From Vulcanisaeta distributa DSM 14429 (GTDB lineage: Archaea > Thermoproteota > Thermoprotei > Thermoproteales > Thermocladiaceae), in the NCBI RefSeq assembly GCF_000148385.1, contig NC_014537.1, positions 2,342,138 to 2,374,137 of the forward strand: a stretch of DNA of 32,000 nt. Direction: 5' to 3'. Both the position numbers and the translations under genes were made by a program. Shown here in pieces: positions 1 through 8,329 of the stretch; positions within the stretch are counted from its first letter, which is position 1; each line of letters opens with the position of its first letter. The notes under the pieces are model-generated. The model ran no database searches, had not been told where the DNA came from, and saw only the letters and a program-made list of their open reading frames with translations.

Positions 1-149
1 CTGTGCTGATTAGGATAATTCAGGAACTTAGGGCCATCAGGCAGAGTTATGGGTTATGATCACTCAGTTTTATTAATAATCAATTCCCACTGATTATTAA
101 TAAATATTAAATTAGTAATACCTTTAAGTACGTACTTTAGGTATACCTC

Positions 150-749
150 ATGGTTTGGCTACTAGTAAGTATTTCAAGGGATAGGCCAGGTCTACTTAAC
201 GACATTACCGGTGTGATTAGGTCTCGGAATTTAAACATAAGAAATATCGTAGGTAATAACTATGCGATTCTCATTGAGGTTGATGGTGAGGTAAATAATG
301 AGTTATTGAATAATGTTAGTAATGTTGATGGGGTTAACACGGTAAATATGGTAAATTTACCGTTTACAATACTTGGATTTATACAGGAGAATTTCATGAG
401 GGCATTGGTTTTCTACGTAATGGAGAGGGAGCCTGAGTTGATCGAGCGTCTTGGTTATGAGTATGGTAAGGAATTAATGAGGTACATATTGAATTCAATG
501 AGGGACTTTAGGGACGCTCTTTACTCCTCATTAAGAATACTCACGGCGCTTGGAGTCATAGCCCTAGTTAACGTGCAATTCATGCCGAATAAGACCGTGA
601 TCTCTATAGCGAAGTCCTTCGATGAGGATATTGGGATGCCTATGACAAAGGGAATAATAAGGGGATTATTCGAGGCCGTGGATAATATTAAACGCAGAAT
701 TAGTGTTAGTAAGGTGAATCAGGGCACTTATAATTTCATCATAACATGA
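150..749 (+). CDS. ACT-domain protein (N-terminal ACT fold; C-terminal half uncharacterised, possibly V4R-like)
   Basis: The N-terminus LLVSISRDRPGLLNDITGVIRSRNLNIRNIVG matches the ACT pattern (DrpGll..it..l...g.nI). No competing ORF. An AT-rich TATA-like stretch lies upstream. Confidence 0.55.
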   Translation: MVWLLVSISRDRPGLLNDITGVIRSRNLNIRNIVGNNYAILIEVDGEVNNELLNNVSNVDGVNTVNMVNLPFTILGFIQENFMRALVFYVMEREPELIERLGYEYGKELMRYILNSMRDFRDALYSSLRILTALGVIALVNVQFMPNKTVISIAKSFDEDIGMPMTKGIIRGLFEAVDNIKRRISVSKVNQGTYNFIIT

Positions 750-765
750 TATAAGGCATGAAATG

Positions 766-773
766 CTTATAAA
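766..773 (+). promoter_or_regulatory. TATA box (CTTATAAA) for the L14e gene
   Basis: The motif aaatGCTTATAAAg ends 22 nt before the ATG at 795. The same motif and spacing recur upstream of many genes in the window. Confidence 0.6.
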
Positions 774-794
774 GCCTTACATTATCCGTGCTTG

Positions 795-1100
795 ATGCCT
801 AGGGTTTTCGATATTGGTAGGGTGTGCGTGAAGGTTGCAGGTAGGGAGGCTGGTAGGAAGTGCGTTATTGTGGATATTAAGGATGAGAACTTCGTAATAA
901 TAACGGGGCCTAAGTCCCTAACGGGCGTTAAGAGAAGGGCCGTTAATGTCAAGCACATTGAACCAACGGAGTATAAGATAAACATTAAGAGGGGTGCCAG
1001 TGATGAGGAGGTTCTCAAGGCGCTTGAGGAGGCTAACCTGATTGATTATATGAAGCAGGTTATTAAGCCTAAATTGGGCATGGTACCAACGCAGCAGTAA
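795..1100 (+). CDS. rpl14e: 50S ribosomal protein L14e
   Basis: [28 protein letters not shown]...FVIITGP is the typical L14e KOW-like N-terminus. I chose the ATG at 795 over the TTG at 792 because of the TATA spacing. Confidence 0.9.
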   Translation: MPRVFDIGRVCVKVAGREAGRKCVIVDIKDENFVIITGPKSLTGVKRRAVNVKHIEPTEYKINIKRGASDEEVLKALEEANLIDYMKQVIKPKLGMVPTQQ

Positions 1101-1103
1101 TAA

Positions 1104-1154
1104 TCAGCCGGTTCAATTTCTTCATCAATTCAATGCTCGAGGCTCACTCATCAC
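1104..1154 (-). ncRNA. Candidate C/D-box sRNA (51 nt)
   Basis: The minus strand reads GTGATGA-14 nt-TTGA-AT-TGATGA-14 nt-CTGA, so the C box and D box are perfect. It lies 35 nt downstream of the stop of the same-strand dehydratase gene. Weaknesses: 14-nt spacers rather than 12, a very short D'/C' linker, and no terminal stem. Confidence 0.3.
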
Positions 1155-1189
1155 CTAGAACTTAGATACGATTTACTTTTCTCTCATTT

Positions 1190-2380
1190 TTAAAGGAATT
1201 CCTTAACCTCACTCGGGTCCTTTGCATGCTCCACAGCAACCCTCTCGTTTAGTTCCACCCCAAGGCCTGGTCTCCTGGGTGGTGTTATATAGCCCTCCTT
1301 TATGATCATGCCCTCCTTAACCATGTCGGGCCACCAGGGCAGGTCAATGGCGTGCCACTCAATGGCTATGAAGTCCCCTATTGTGGCTGCCACGTGGGCA
1401 TTGGCCATCGTCCCTATTGGGCTTGAGATGTTATGTATAGCCACCGGCACGTAATACTCCTCGGCTAGGTAGGCTATCTTCTTCATTTCAAGTAAACCAC
1501 CGAGTCTTTGCACATCCGGGTGTATTATGTCCGTAGCCTCCTTCTCAATCAACTCCCTAAACTGCGACAACCTATATAGCTTCTCACCAGTGGCTATGGG
1601 CACCGGTGACTTAAGCCTGACCTCCCTCATGGCATCAATATTCTCAGGCGGTACCGGATCCTCAAACCAGAACACATCGTACTTAGCCAGCTCCCTGGCT
1701 ATGGCTATGGCTGTGGGTACGCTGAATGCCCAATGCCCATCAATCATTATATCAACGTCGTACTTAACGGCATCTCTAACGCCACCTATGAATGACGTAA
1801 CGAACTTAACAATCCTCATGCCGAAGGTCCTATCGAACTCGGTCTCCATCATTTTCTCCGGCACATCAACATCGAACTTAATGTACCTAAACCCCATGTT
1901 CATGGCCTCCCTAGCCCTCCTTATGTAATTCTCGACGTTATAGGCAACCTCGGTACTGGCAAGTTCAACCCACCTCTTACCACCAGTCTCAATAATGCCA
2001 GCGCCAGCGTGTAGATCCGCATACACAGCAACCCTATCCCTAACCTTACCACCGAGTAATTCATAAACCGGCAACCCCGTTAACTTACCCTTCAAGTCCC
2101 AAAGGGCTGTCTCCAAACCACTAATTGCATTATTAACAATACCCCACTCTGAGTTTGGTATGTGCCTCCTAATGAGCCTAAGCAAGTACTCAATATTAAC
2201 CTCCTTACCCCGAATTAACTCCTCAGCCCTCCTCAAAACCTCCTTAATGCCTGGACCCCTATGACACTCACCATAACCAACAAGCCCATTACTAAGCTCA
2301 ACCTTAACAATAGGCCACTCAAAATTCCCCATGACAGTCAAAACCCTAACAGACTTAATAGTTGGCTCGCTCATACCCAA
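1190..2380 (-). CDS. Enolase-superfamily (mandelate racemase/muconate lactonizing) sugar-acid dehydratase, gluconate/galactonate dehydratase-like
   Basis: At 396 aa it has MR-family hallmarks: KFDVD, IDGHW, FEDP, IATGE and IHPD metal and acid/base positions. Size and layout resemble archaeal gluconate dehydratases. Substrate is not determinable from sequence. Confidence 0.85.
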   Translation of the reverse strand: MGMSEPTIKSVRVLTVMGNFEWPIVKVELSNGLVGYGECHRGPGIKEVLRRAEELIRGKEVNIEYLLRLIRRHIPNSEWGIVNNAISGLETALWDLKGKLTGLPVYELLGGKVRDRVAVYADLHAGAGIIETGGKRWVELASTEVAYNVENYIRRAREAMNMGFRYIKFDVDVPEKMMETEFDRTFGMRIVKFVTSFIGGVRDAVKYDVDIMIDGHWAFSVPTAIAIARELAKYDVFWFEDPVPPENIDAMREVRLKSPVPIATGEKLYRLSQFRELIEKEATDIIHPDVQRLGGLLEMKKIAYLAEEYYVPVAIHNISSPIGTMANAHVAATIGDFIAIEWHAIDLPWWPDMVKEGMIIKEGYITPPRRPGLGVELNERVAVEHAKDPSEVKEFL

Positions 2381-2457
2381 CTGTTCATGAATAAATCATT
2401 AATAAACATTTCATCAACTGGTAAAGCATTAATAAGTCACTGCGTCTTTAATTAAGT

Positions 2458-3189
2458 ATGGAGGTAAACATCATAGGCTTAATAGATAACACGTACTTAA
2501 GGCCGTACGGTTCAACTAGGGAAATAGAGGCCCTAATAGAGGATACGGCTAGATACGGTGCCTACTCAATAACAATAAACCCAGTATTCCTCAGGTACGC
2601 CAGGGAGTACATGGCGCGTAAGGGCTATACCTTCAAGGTGGTTGCCGTGGTCGACTTCCCATTTGGCGCTGGCACGACGGGGGCCAGGGTAGACGCAATT
2701 AAACGTTACTCGCAGTATGCGGACGAACTTGATATCGTAGCCCCAATAGGCCTTGTTAAGTCTGGGCTTTGGGGTGAGGTTGAGCATGATATAAATACGG
2801 TGGTTGAGGCCGCCCATAGGGAGGGTAAGATCATTAAGATAATCGTTGAGGATGCCTACACGACGAGGGAGGAGAAGCTCGAGCTTTACAGGATTGTGAT
2901 GCAGTCTGGGGCGGACTTCATAAAGACGAGTACGGGCTTCGAAGAAAGGGACTATGCGGAGAAGCTTGGTAATAAGACAGGGGCCCAAATAGAGAATGTG
3001 AGGCTCATGGCTGAGCTATCTAGGAAGTATAACCCGAGAATTGGGATTAAGGTCGCGGGTGGCGTTAGGACTTATCAGCAGGTTCTTGAATTAATGAGGG
3101 CGGCGGAGAGGGAGCCTGACCCAATGAGGTTTAGGGTCGGTACTAGCCACATGATGAGTATTATCGAGAGCATGAAGGGTATTCACTAG
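2458..3189 (+). CDS. deoC: Deoxyribose-phosphate aldolase (class I, DeoC family)
   Basis: VDFPFGAGT, the Schiff-base lysine context FIKTSTGF, and the C-terminal IKVAGGVRT are typical DERA motifs. Confidence 0.85.
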   Translation: MEVNIIGLIDNTYLRPYGSTREIEALIEDTARYGAYSITINPVFLRYAREYMARKGYTFKVVAVVDFPFGAGTTGARVDAIKRYSQYADELDIVAPIGLVKSGLWGEVEHDINTVVEAAHREGKIIKIIVEDAYTTREEKLELYRIVMQSGADFIKTSTGFEERDYAEKLGNKTGAQIENVRLMAELSRKYNPRIGIKVAGGVRTYQQVLELMRAAEREPDPMRFRVGTSHMMSIIESMKGIH

Positions 3190-3204
3190 TCAATAGCGAG
3201 AAAG

Positions 3205-3212
3205 CTTATAAA
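3205..3212 (+). promoter_or_regulatory. TATA box (CTTATAAA) for the S11 gene
   Basis: The motif aaaGCTTATAAAa ends 24 nt before the ATG at 3236. Confidence 0.6.
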
Positions 3213-3235
3213 ATGAGTAAAAATGCCAACACCGA

Positions 3236-3745
3236 ATGTCAGAGGAAAATATGGAAAAGACCACTGGGGAGGTTCAGGGAGAGACACAACAGGCGCAGCC
3301 TACATCACCGCAATCAATGCAGTTGCCTGAGATAAAACCAACACAGGTGAGCGGGGCTAGGAAGCTTAGGTGGGGTGTTGCCTACGTGTACTCCAGCTAT
3401 AATAATACGATAATAATAATCACGGACCTAACGGGTGCGGAAACCGTTGCGAGGGTTAGTGGTGGGCAGGTTGTTAAGGCTGATAGGGATAAGCCCAGCC
3501 CATACGCGGCAATGATGGCTGCGTACAAGGCCGCTCAAATAGCCATGAGTAGGGGCATTAATGCAGTGCACATAAAGGTTAAGGCACCTGGTGGTTACGG
3601 CCCAAAGACGCCAGGTCCTGGCGCCGCGGCTGCCATTAGGGCTTTGGCCAGGGCTGGTTTGATAATTGGTCGTATTGAGGATGTGACGCCAATACCTACG
3701 GATACCATTAGGCCACCTGGAGGTAGGCGTGGTAGGAGGGTATAA
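3236..3745 (+). CDS. rps11: 30S ribosomal protein S11 (uS11) with an N-terminal extension of about 40 aa
   Basis: The core [25 protein letters not shown]...[13 protein letters not shown]...[43 protein letters not shown] is unmistakably S11. Confidence 0.95.
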   Translation: MSEENMEKTTGEVQGETQQAQPTSPQSMQLPEIKPTQVSGARKLRWGVAYVYSSYNNTIIIITDLTGAETVARVSGGQVVKADRDKPSPYAAMMAAYKAAQIAMSRGINAVHIKVKAPGGYGPKTPGPGAAAAIRALARAGLIIGRIEDVTPIPTDTIRPPGGRRGRRV

Positions 3746-3784
3746 ATCTGTCATTACCTACTTCCTCCTCTTATCAATTCGGGT

Positions 3785-4429
3785 TTGCGCATCATACGGT
3801 ATTGGGTGGTTTTTGTGAATTGTGATGGTCCAATCACAGTCCTCATAGGCAGTAGGGAGTTAATGGATTACGCAGAGCCCATACTGAGGGATTTCTTCGG
3901 TTCAGCATATAGATATGCGAGGGCCGTTGTTGATTATGGAGTTGGTTCTGTGGCACTGGCTGTTATTAATGAATCGGGCGTTGGCGCTGCCGTTTATTAC
4001 AGCGTTAACGTTGGTGCAGTTAGATTATGCGTTATTTATTACATAGCCGTTGTTGATGAATGCAGGGGTTTAGGTATTGGTAAGGTCCTAATGAGTACTA
4101 TTGAGGAGGTTTGCACGGACTCTGATATCTACATCGCCACTACCTGGTTCGGTAATGAGCCTGCCGATAGGCTCTATAGGTCGCTGGGTTACGTTGGTTA
4201 TACATGGGATGAGTTAAGGAGGTTAATTGGTAGGAGGGCCGTTGATAGGCTGCTCAAGGCTACCTGTGGTTATGATGACGACATGGCCTACGTAAAGCCT
4301 GTTATTGCAGGTAATGATGCATTGGATATTCTTAGACATATCATTGAGGGTGGGGATAACGATGTTAATAGGCTTTGGCGCGAAACATGCTTAGGTGTTT
4401 GGCTTAGGATTAGGGCTGGTCTTCGGTGA
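3785..4429 (+). CDS. GNAT-family N-acetyltransferase (start uncertain: TTG at 3785 or ATG at 3863)
   Basis: [22 protein letters not shown] carries the acetyl-CoA binding motif A (R-x-x-G-x-G). YRSLGY follows downstream. Confidence 0.6.
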   Translation: MRIIRYWVVFVNCDGPITVLIGSRELMDYAEPILRDFFGSAYRYARAVVDYGVGSVALAVINESGVGAAVYYSVNVGAVRLCVIYYIAVVDECRGLGIGKVLMSTIEEVCTDSDIYIATTWFGNEPADRLYRSLGYVGYTWDELRRLIGRRAVDRLLKATCGYDDDMAYVKPVIAGNDALDILRHIIEGGDNDVNRLWRETCLGVWLRIRAGLR

Positions 4430-4490
4430 ACTCCTTGCCTCACCCCTACTTAGTTTTTTAAGTAATAACCATTTATTTTTAGTGGAGAAT

Positions 4491-5561
4491 ATGCCAAAGG
4501 GGAGGAAGAAGGTGCAGGAGCAGGAAGTTGAGGAAGAGAAGGAAGAACCTGTTGAGGAGATCGAGGATACGGGCGAGGAAGGCGGTGAGAAGGGTACTGT
4601 TGTTACGGCAACAGTTAGTGGTTATCCTGTAATTGATGTTGAGGAAATTGAGGGCGTCGGTAGAGTCACTGCTCAGAAGCTTAGGGAGGCTGGTTATAAC
4701 ACGGCTAGGGACGTGGCCTTCGCGAGTGTCAAGGAGCTTGCCGAGATACTTGGTAGTGAGGACAGGGCTAAGCAAATAATTGCCGCTGCCCAGAAGCTCA
4801 TTGGCTTAACGCCATTCATAACGGCCTACGAGCTTTACGAGAAGAGGAGAGGTATTAGGAGGATTAGCACTGGCGTTAAGTCACTTGATGAGCTACTTGG
4901 TGGTGGTATTGAGACTAAGGCCATCACGGAGCTCGTTGGTGAGTTCGGTAGTGGTAAGACGCAGCTTTGTCATCAACTGAGTGTTATGGTTCAATTGCCC
5001 GAGGATAAGGGTGGCTTGAAGGCCAAGGCCTTATATGTCGATACCGAGAACACCTTCAGGCCCGAGAGGATAATGCAGATGGCTAAGTACAGGGGTTTAG
5101 ATCCGCAGGAGGCCCTTAAGAATATTTTATATGCCAGGGCTTACAACAGTGATCATCAAATGATGATTATTGAGGAGAGTAAGAAGATTATTGAGAAGGA
5201 GAACATCGGCCTAATAGTCATTGACTCATTGGTAGCCCACTTCAGGAGTGAGTACCCGGGCAGGGAGAATCTTGCCGAGAGACAGCAGAAGCTTAACCAC
5301 CACATTGCCCAGCTGCTTAGGATTGCGGATATATACAACGTGGCCGTCGTCGTCACCAACCAAGTGGTTGCGCAGCCGGATGTCTTCTTCGGGAACCCAC
5401 TAAAGCCCGCTGGCGGTAATGTAATTGCTCATGGGGCCACGTATAGGGTTTGGCTGAGGAAGGGTAAGGAGAATGTCAGGATCGCCAAGATTTTTGACTC
5501 GCCATACCACCCTGAGAGGGAGGTTACGTTTAGGATCACCGAGGAGGGTGTTGTTGACTAA
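4491..5561 (+). CDS. radA: DNA repair and recombination protein RadA
   Basis: Contains the HhH segment [17 protein letters not shown], Walker [10 protein letters not shown], Walker B LIVIDS, and the characteristic C-terminus. The ATG at 4491 follows T/A-rich promoter-like sequence. The track ORF start at 4395 lies inside the upstream gene. Confidence 0.95.
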   Translation: MPKGRKKVQEQEVEEEKEEPVEEIEDTGEEGGEKGTVVTATVSGYPVIDVEEIEGVGRVTAQKLREAGYNTARDVAFASVKELAEILGSEDRAKQIIAAAQKLIGLTPFITAYELYEKRRGIRRISTGVKSLDELLGGGIETKAITELVGEFGSGKTQLCHQLSVMVQLPEDKGGLKAKALYVDTENTFRPERIMQMAKYRGLDPQEALKNILYARAYNSDHQMMIIEESKKIIEKENIGLIVIDSLVAHFRSEYPGRENLAERQQKLNHHIAQLLRIADIYNVAVVVTNQVVAQPDVFFGNPLKPAGGNVIAHGATYRVWLRKGKENVRIAKIFDSPYHPEREVTFRITEEGVVD

Positions 5562-5636
5562 AATTAATCGCCATAAAACACTTGCTTAGGTGCATATGTC
5601 ATACTTCATGATTAAAACTATTTAATTAAGGTAATT

Positions 5637-6005
5637 ATGAGGGTTTTGATGGGCTTTGTTAAGGTTAGGGCTGGCATATTCAATCCAGCGGCGCCGGAGA
5701 GGACTGTGGAGGTTGACGGTATTGTAGATACTGGCGCGATCTATACCGTTATACGTAGAGACATACTTGAGGGACTTGGGATAAAACCAAGTAGGAGAAG
5801 AAGGTTTAAGGCGTTTGGTGGTTATGTGGAGCGTGATGTTGGTGATGCAGGCCTTATACTCATGGGTGAAAGGAGGGTTGTACCCGTAATATTCGGTGAG
5901 ACTGAGGATACGATGGTGATCGGCGTAACCGCACTCGAGATTTTCGGGCTTGAGGTGGACCCAGTCAGGGGAACGCTTAAGGAGGCCGAATTACTCCTGC
6001 TTTAA
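5637..6005 (+). CDS. Retropepsin-like (clan AA) aspartic protease, archaeal small type
   Basis: Has the DTGA catalytic motif (VDGIVDTGAIYTVI) and is about 120 aa, typical of the archaeal single-lobe aspartyl protease family. The second ATG at 5649 fits the TATA spacing better. Confidence 0.7.
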   Translation: MRVLMGFVKVRAGIFNPAAPERTVEVDGIVDTGAIYTVIRRDILEGLGIKPSRRRRFKAFGGYVERDVGDAGLILMGERRVVPVIFGETEDTMVIGVTALEIFGLEVDPVRGTLKEAELLLL

Positions 6006-6029
6006 TTCCTCCTCCACAATCAATCTTCA

Positions 6030-6473
6030 TTAGAAGATATCGAGTCTCTCAATCAGCGAATCCTCATCACCCAAGTACTTAATGTCAATCCTCTTCTCAA
6101 AACTAATCAACTCAAAGTTAAGCCCTAAATCTCTGGCATACCTATAAACCTCCATCAACTCCTCCCTACTCGGTCTCCTAGCCAACTCCCTGAATTCTGG
6201 GTTGAACCTCGGTGAGTTTGGGTCTGTCTCGTTCTCCGGCCTGTACTGATCCATTATGTTAACCAAGACCCCAGGCATGTTATCGGCGATCCACTTAAGC
6301 ACGGGCTTTGAATCATCCTCGACGTGGCCAGGCATTACCAAGTGCCTAATTATCATGTCCTCACCCCAATCATAGACAAGCTTATGATTCCTCGAGACAA
6401 CCTCGAAGTACCTCGGCACCCTGGATATTCTAAAGGCGCATTTGTCATTGCCGTACTTGAAATCAGGGAGCCA
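6030..6473 (-). pseudogene. C-terminal fragment of an interrupted PflX-type radical-SAM enzyme
   Basis: Reads ...WLPDFKYGNDKCAFRIS...HLVMPGH..., which continues the N-fragment at 8325..9193. The first 9 codons of the track ORF (MFMIHQSLR) come from the insertion. Confidence 0.8.
6469..6473. repeat. Left copy of a 5-bp direct repeat (AGCCA), a putative target-site duplication
   Basis: The same pentamer occurs at 8325..8329. Joining across it restores the frame ...MDIWLPDFKYG. Confidence 0.7.
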
Positions 6474-6530
6474 ACGTAAACTTTGGTGAATCATGAACAT
6501 AAAGCGTACGTGACGTATTTATAAGTTCTA

Positions 6531-7136
6531 ATGAGAATTAGAAGCCGATATTTAGTGATGAGAATGGGGAATGCATTTGTAGGACATAATAATGTGGAAG
6601 ACATCGTATTAATAATAAAGGATAGGTTGAAAAAGGCTATTGGCTCTACACAGTTTAATGACGTCGAATTTAATGAAAGTAGGTACTTCCTTAAGCAGAA
6701 GCTACCTAACAAGACATATGAAATCAGCTTAAACGATCTCGAAAATTTGCGCTTCGTAATGTCAATTCATAATCACAGTGTCGCTTACATGAATAACTTA
6801 GCCCACTTATTGTTAGACGCGCTTGAAGTGGAGCAATATGATGTTGAAGTGACGAGCAGTGACGTTAAAATAATACCTAAGGTAAATGATAATGACCTTA
6901 AAGATGCATACATAATTGCTTCCTCGATTAACACAGTGATGATATTAATTAGGAATATCTATACGGACGTAAAAATAATCAATAGTTCGGGCTTATCAAT
7001 ATTTGATGTAATTCAATCAGTGGCTGGTCTGTTACTCGATGGTTCAGTAGTTAGGGGAAAATTACATATACGTCCACAAGTCCAGAGCTGGTTGCCTCTG
7101 CCATGCCAATACTTTCTGACTTCGTGTACGCAATAG
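6531..7136 (+). CDS. Orphan ORF1 of the insertion (201 aa, no recognisable domain)
   Basis: A long ORF in a low-GC segment, overlapped by ORF2 in the -1 frame. Confidence 0.5.
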   Translation: MRIRSRYLVMRMGNAFVGHNNVEDIVLIIKDRLKKAIGSTQFNDVEFNESRYFLKQKLPNKTYEISLNDLENLRFVMSIHNHSVAYMNNLAHLLLDALEVEQYDVEVTSSDVKIIPKVNDNDLKDAYIIASSINTVMILIRNIYTDVKIINSSGLSIFDVIQSVAGLLLDGSVVRGKLHIRPQVQSWLPLPCQYFLTSCTQ

Positions 7137-8080
7137 GTGGTGCATCACGCCGCATCAATTTCCAAATCCACGGCGCCACGCTGACGGTAGATGGGGAATT
7201 ACATCCAAATTATGCATTGATGACACCACTAATCAAGGGCTTAGGCTCTCATAGAAAGGACACCTTCATGAGATTAATAGCCACAGATACAAGTCTGCTC
7301 TTTGCATATGCCGCAGATGGAACGGGAAGCTACAATGGAGGGCAACATGTTGGCTATGCAGTATCGAACGCCTATAAAATCAATGATGTGCCGGCCCCCG
7401 TCTGGCTTGCGAATAGAATTAATGAAATAACTGGGCTATCCATTAAATACGTTTACAGTTTCGTAATACGCTTTGATGAAGAGGACGGACGCATATTTGC
7501 CTGGCTAATCCTACGCAGCCTCTCAAATATTAATAATACGGCAATTAGGTTACCACTTACGTTATTCTATAGAATTAGCGACTTAATTAAGCACGCAGTG
7601 CTATCGCATCACGGCAAAGCGCTATCGCAAATCATTATACGAATGCCCTTAGCAAATAATGCGTTTAAAGAAGCTAAGTTGCACGTCGAGTATTACGCTA
7701 CGTATAGATTTAACGTTGGTTCGTCATTCGCTGAAGAGGCGAGGCAATTCGTAGAACTAGTAAACTCCATCCTTAAGGAGTTCGGAATAAATGAGCATTT
7801 GAAATACTACTTCTATACTGGTAAGGGTCTATCGATTACCGTTTCTAAGAACGTGATCCCCGCGTTACTAGGCATTGCGGACTTCGCAATCGTGCCTCAG
7901 TCCAGCGACCTCATAAACGCAATTAATAATGCGGACAAAGCCAGGCGCAAGGCATATGAAGTATTCCAGTACTTCGAAAGGAAGGGCGATTTATTGGAAT
8001 ACCTAAATTACGTCAAGTATTACGGAAACCCGTACAGCCATCCGTACAGCTTCTCCTCAGAAAGCACCAATTTAACATAA
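7103..8080 (+). CDS. Orphan ORF2 of the insertion (325 aa, no recognisable domain); possibly expressed as an ORF1-ORF2 fusion
   Basis: A long ORF whose frame opens at 7055, directly on the G GGA AAA heptamer. Confidence 0.55.
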   Translation: MPILSDFVYAIGGASRRINFQIHGATLTVDGELHPNYALMTPLIKGLGSHRKDTFMRLIATDTSLLFAYAADGTGSYNGGQHVGYAVSNAYKINDVPAPVWLANRINEITGLSIKYVYSFVIRFDEEDGRIFAWLILRSLSNINNTAIRLPLTLFYRISDLIKHAVLSHHGKALSQIIIRMPLANNAFKEAKLHVEYYATYRFNVGSSFAEEARQFVELVNSILKEFGINEHLKYYFYTGKGLSITVSKNVIPALLGIADFAIVPQSSDLINAINNADKARRKAYEVFQYFERKGDLLEYLNYVKYYGNPYSHPYSFSSESTNLT

Positions 8081-8324
8081 CCCTTTCCTCGATATGCATT
8101 CGAGCATTTTATACCTTAGCTTAACAACGTAAGTATTAAGAGATGATGCTTGCTCTGGCAAAGCAATTAGTAAGTCTATCAAGGTAACCAAAAACGATGA
8201 ATAATGTTCTCCTAAGCCTAGGCGCAGCGATGTAATAGCCAAAGAGAATAGGTAAGAGATTCTATTATTTTTATTAATTTCGTCTAATCAATTAGTAAGT
8301 TTTGCTCGCTGGAGCAATAAGCCC

Positions 8325-8329
8325 AGCCA
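8325..8329. repeat. Right copy of the 5-bp direct repeat (AGCCA)
   Basis: See 6469..6473. Confidence 0.7.

Larger units (their letters stand above)
6474..8324 (+). mobile_element. Putative insertion element of unknown family (1851 bp) inside the radical-SAM gene
   Basis: It is bounded by the 5-bp duplication. Its two ORFs lie antisense to the host gene. ORF1 is AT-rich and the ORFs use CGN arginine codons, unlike neighbouring genes. I found no terminal inverted repeats. Confidence 0.6.

Noticed and set aside
1527-1928. 133-aa ORF antisense to the enolase-superfamily gene
   Set aside because: It lies entirely within a well-supported gene on the other strand. The Ser/Leu/Thr-rich low-complexity translation is typical of antisense frames. 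The same applies to 782..1018, 2261..2455, 2566..2988, 3428..3754, 4479..4775 and 5156..5359.
3213-3335. 40-codon basic ORF ([21 protein letters not shown]...) overlapping the S11 N-terminal extension in another frame
   Set aside because: Its ATG directly abuts the TATA box (3205..3212), so it cannot be on the transcript from that promoter. The S11 frame is continuous with the conserved core.
4395-4490. N-terminal 32 codons of the track's RadA ORF
   Set aside because: This region overlaps the 3' end of the GNAT gene and precedes the promoter-like T/A-rich stretch. The ATG at 4491 is the credible start.
6491-6712. 73-aa minus-strand ORF at the left end of the insertion
   Set aside because: It is antisense to orphan ORF1, has a low-complexity AT-rich translation, and no start context.
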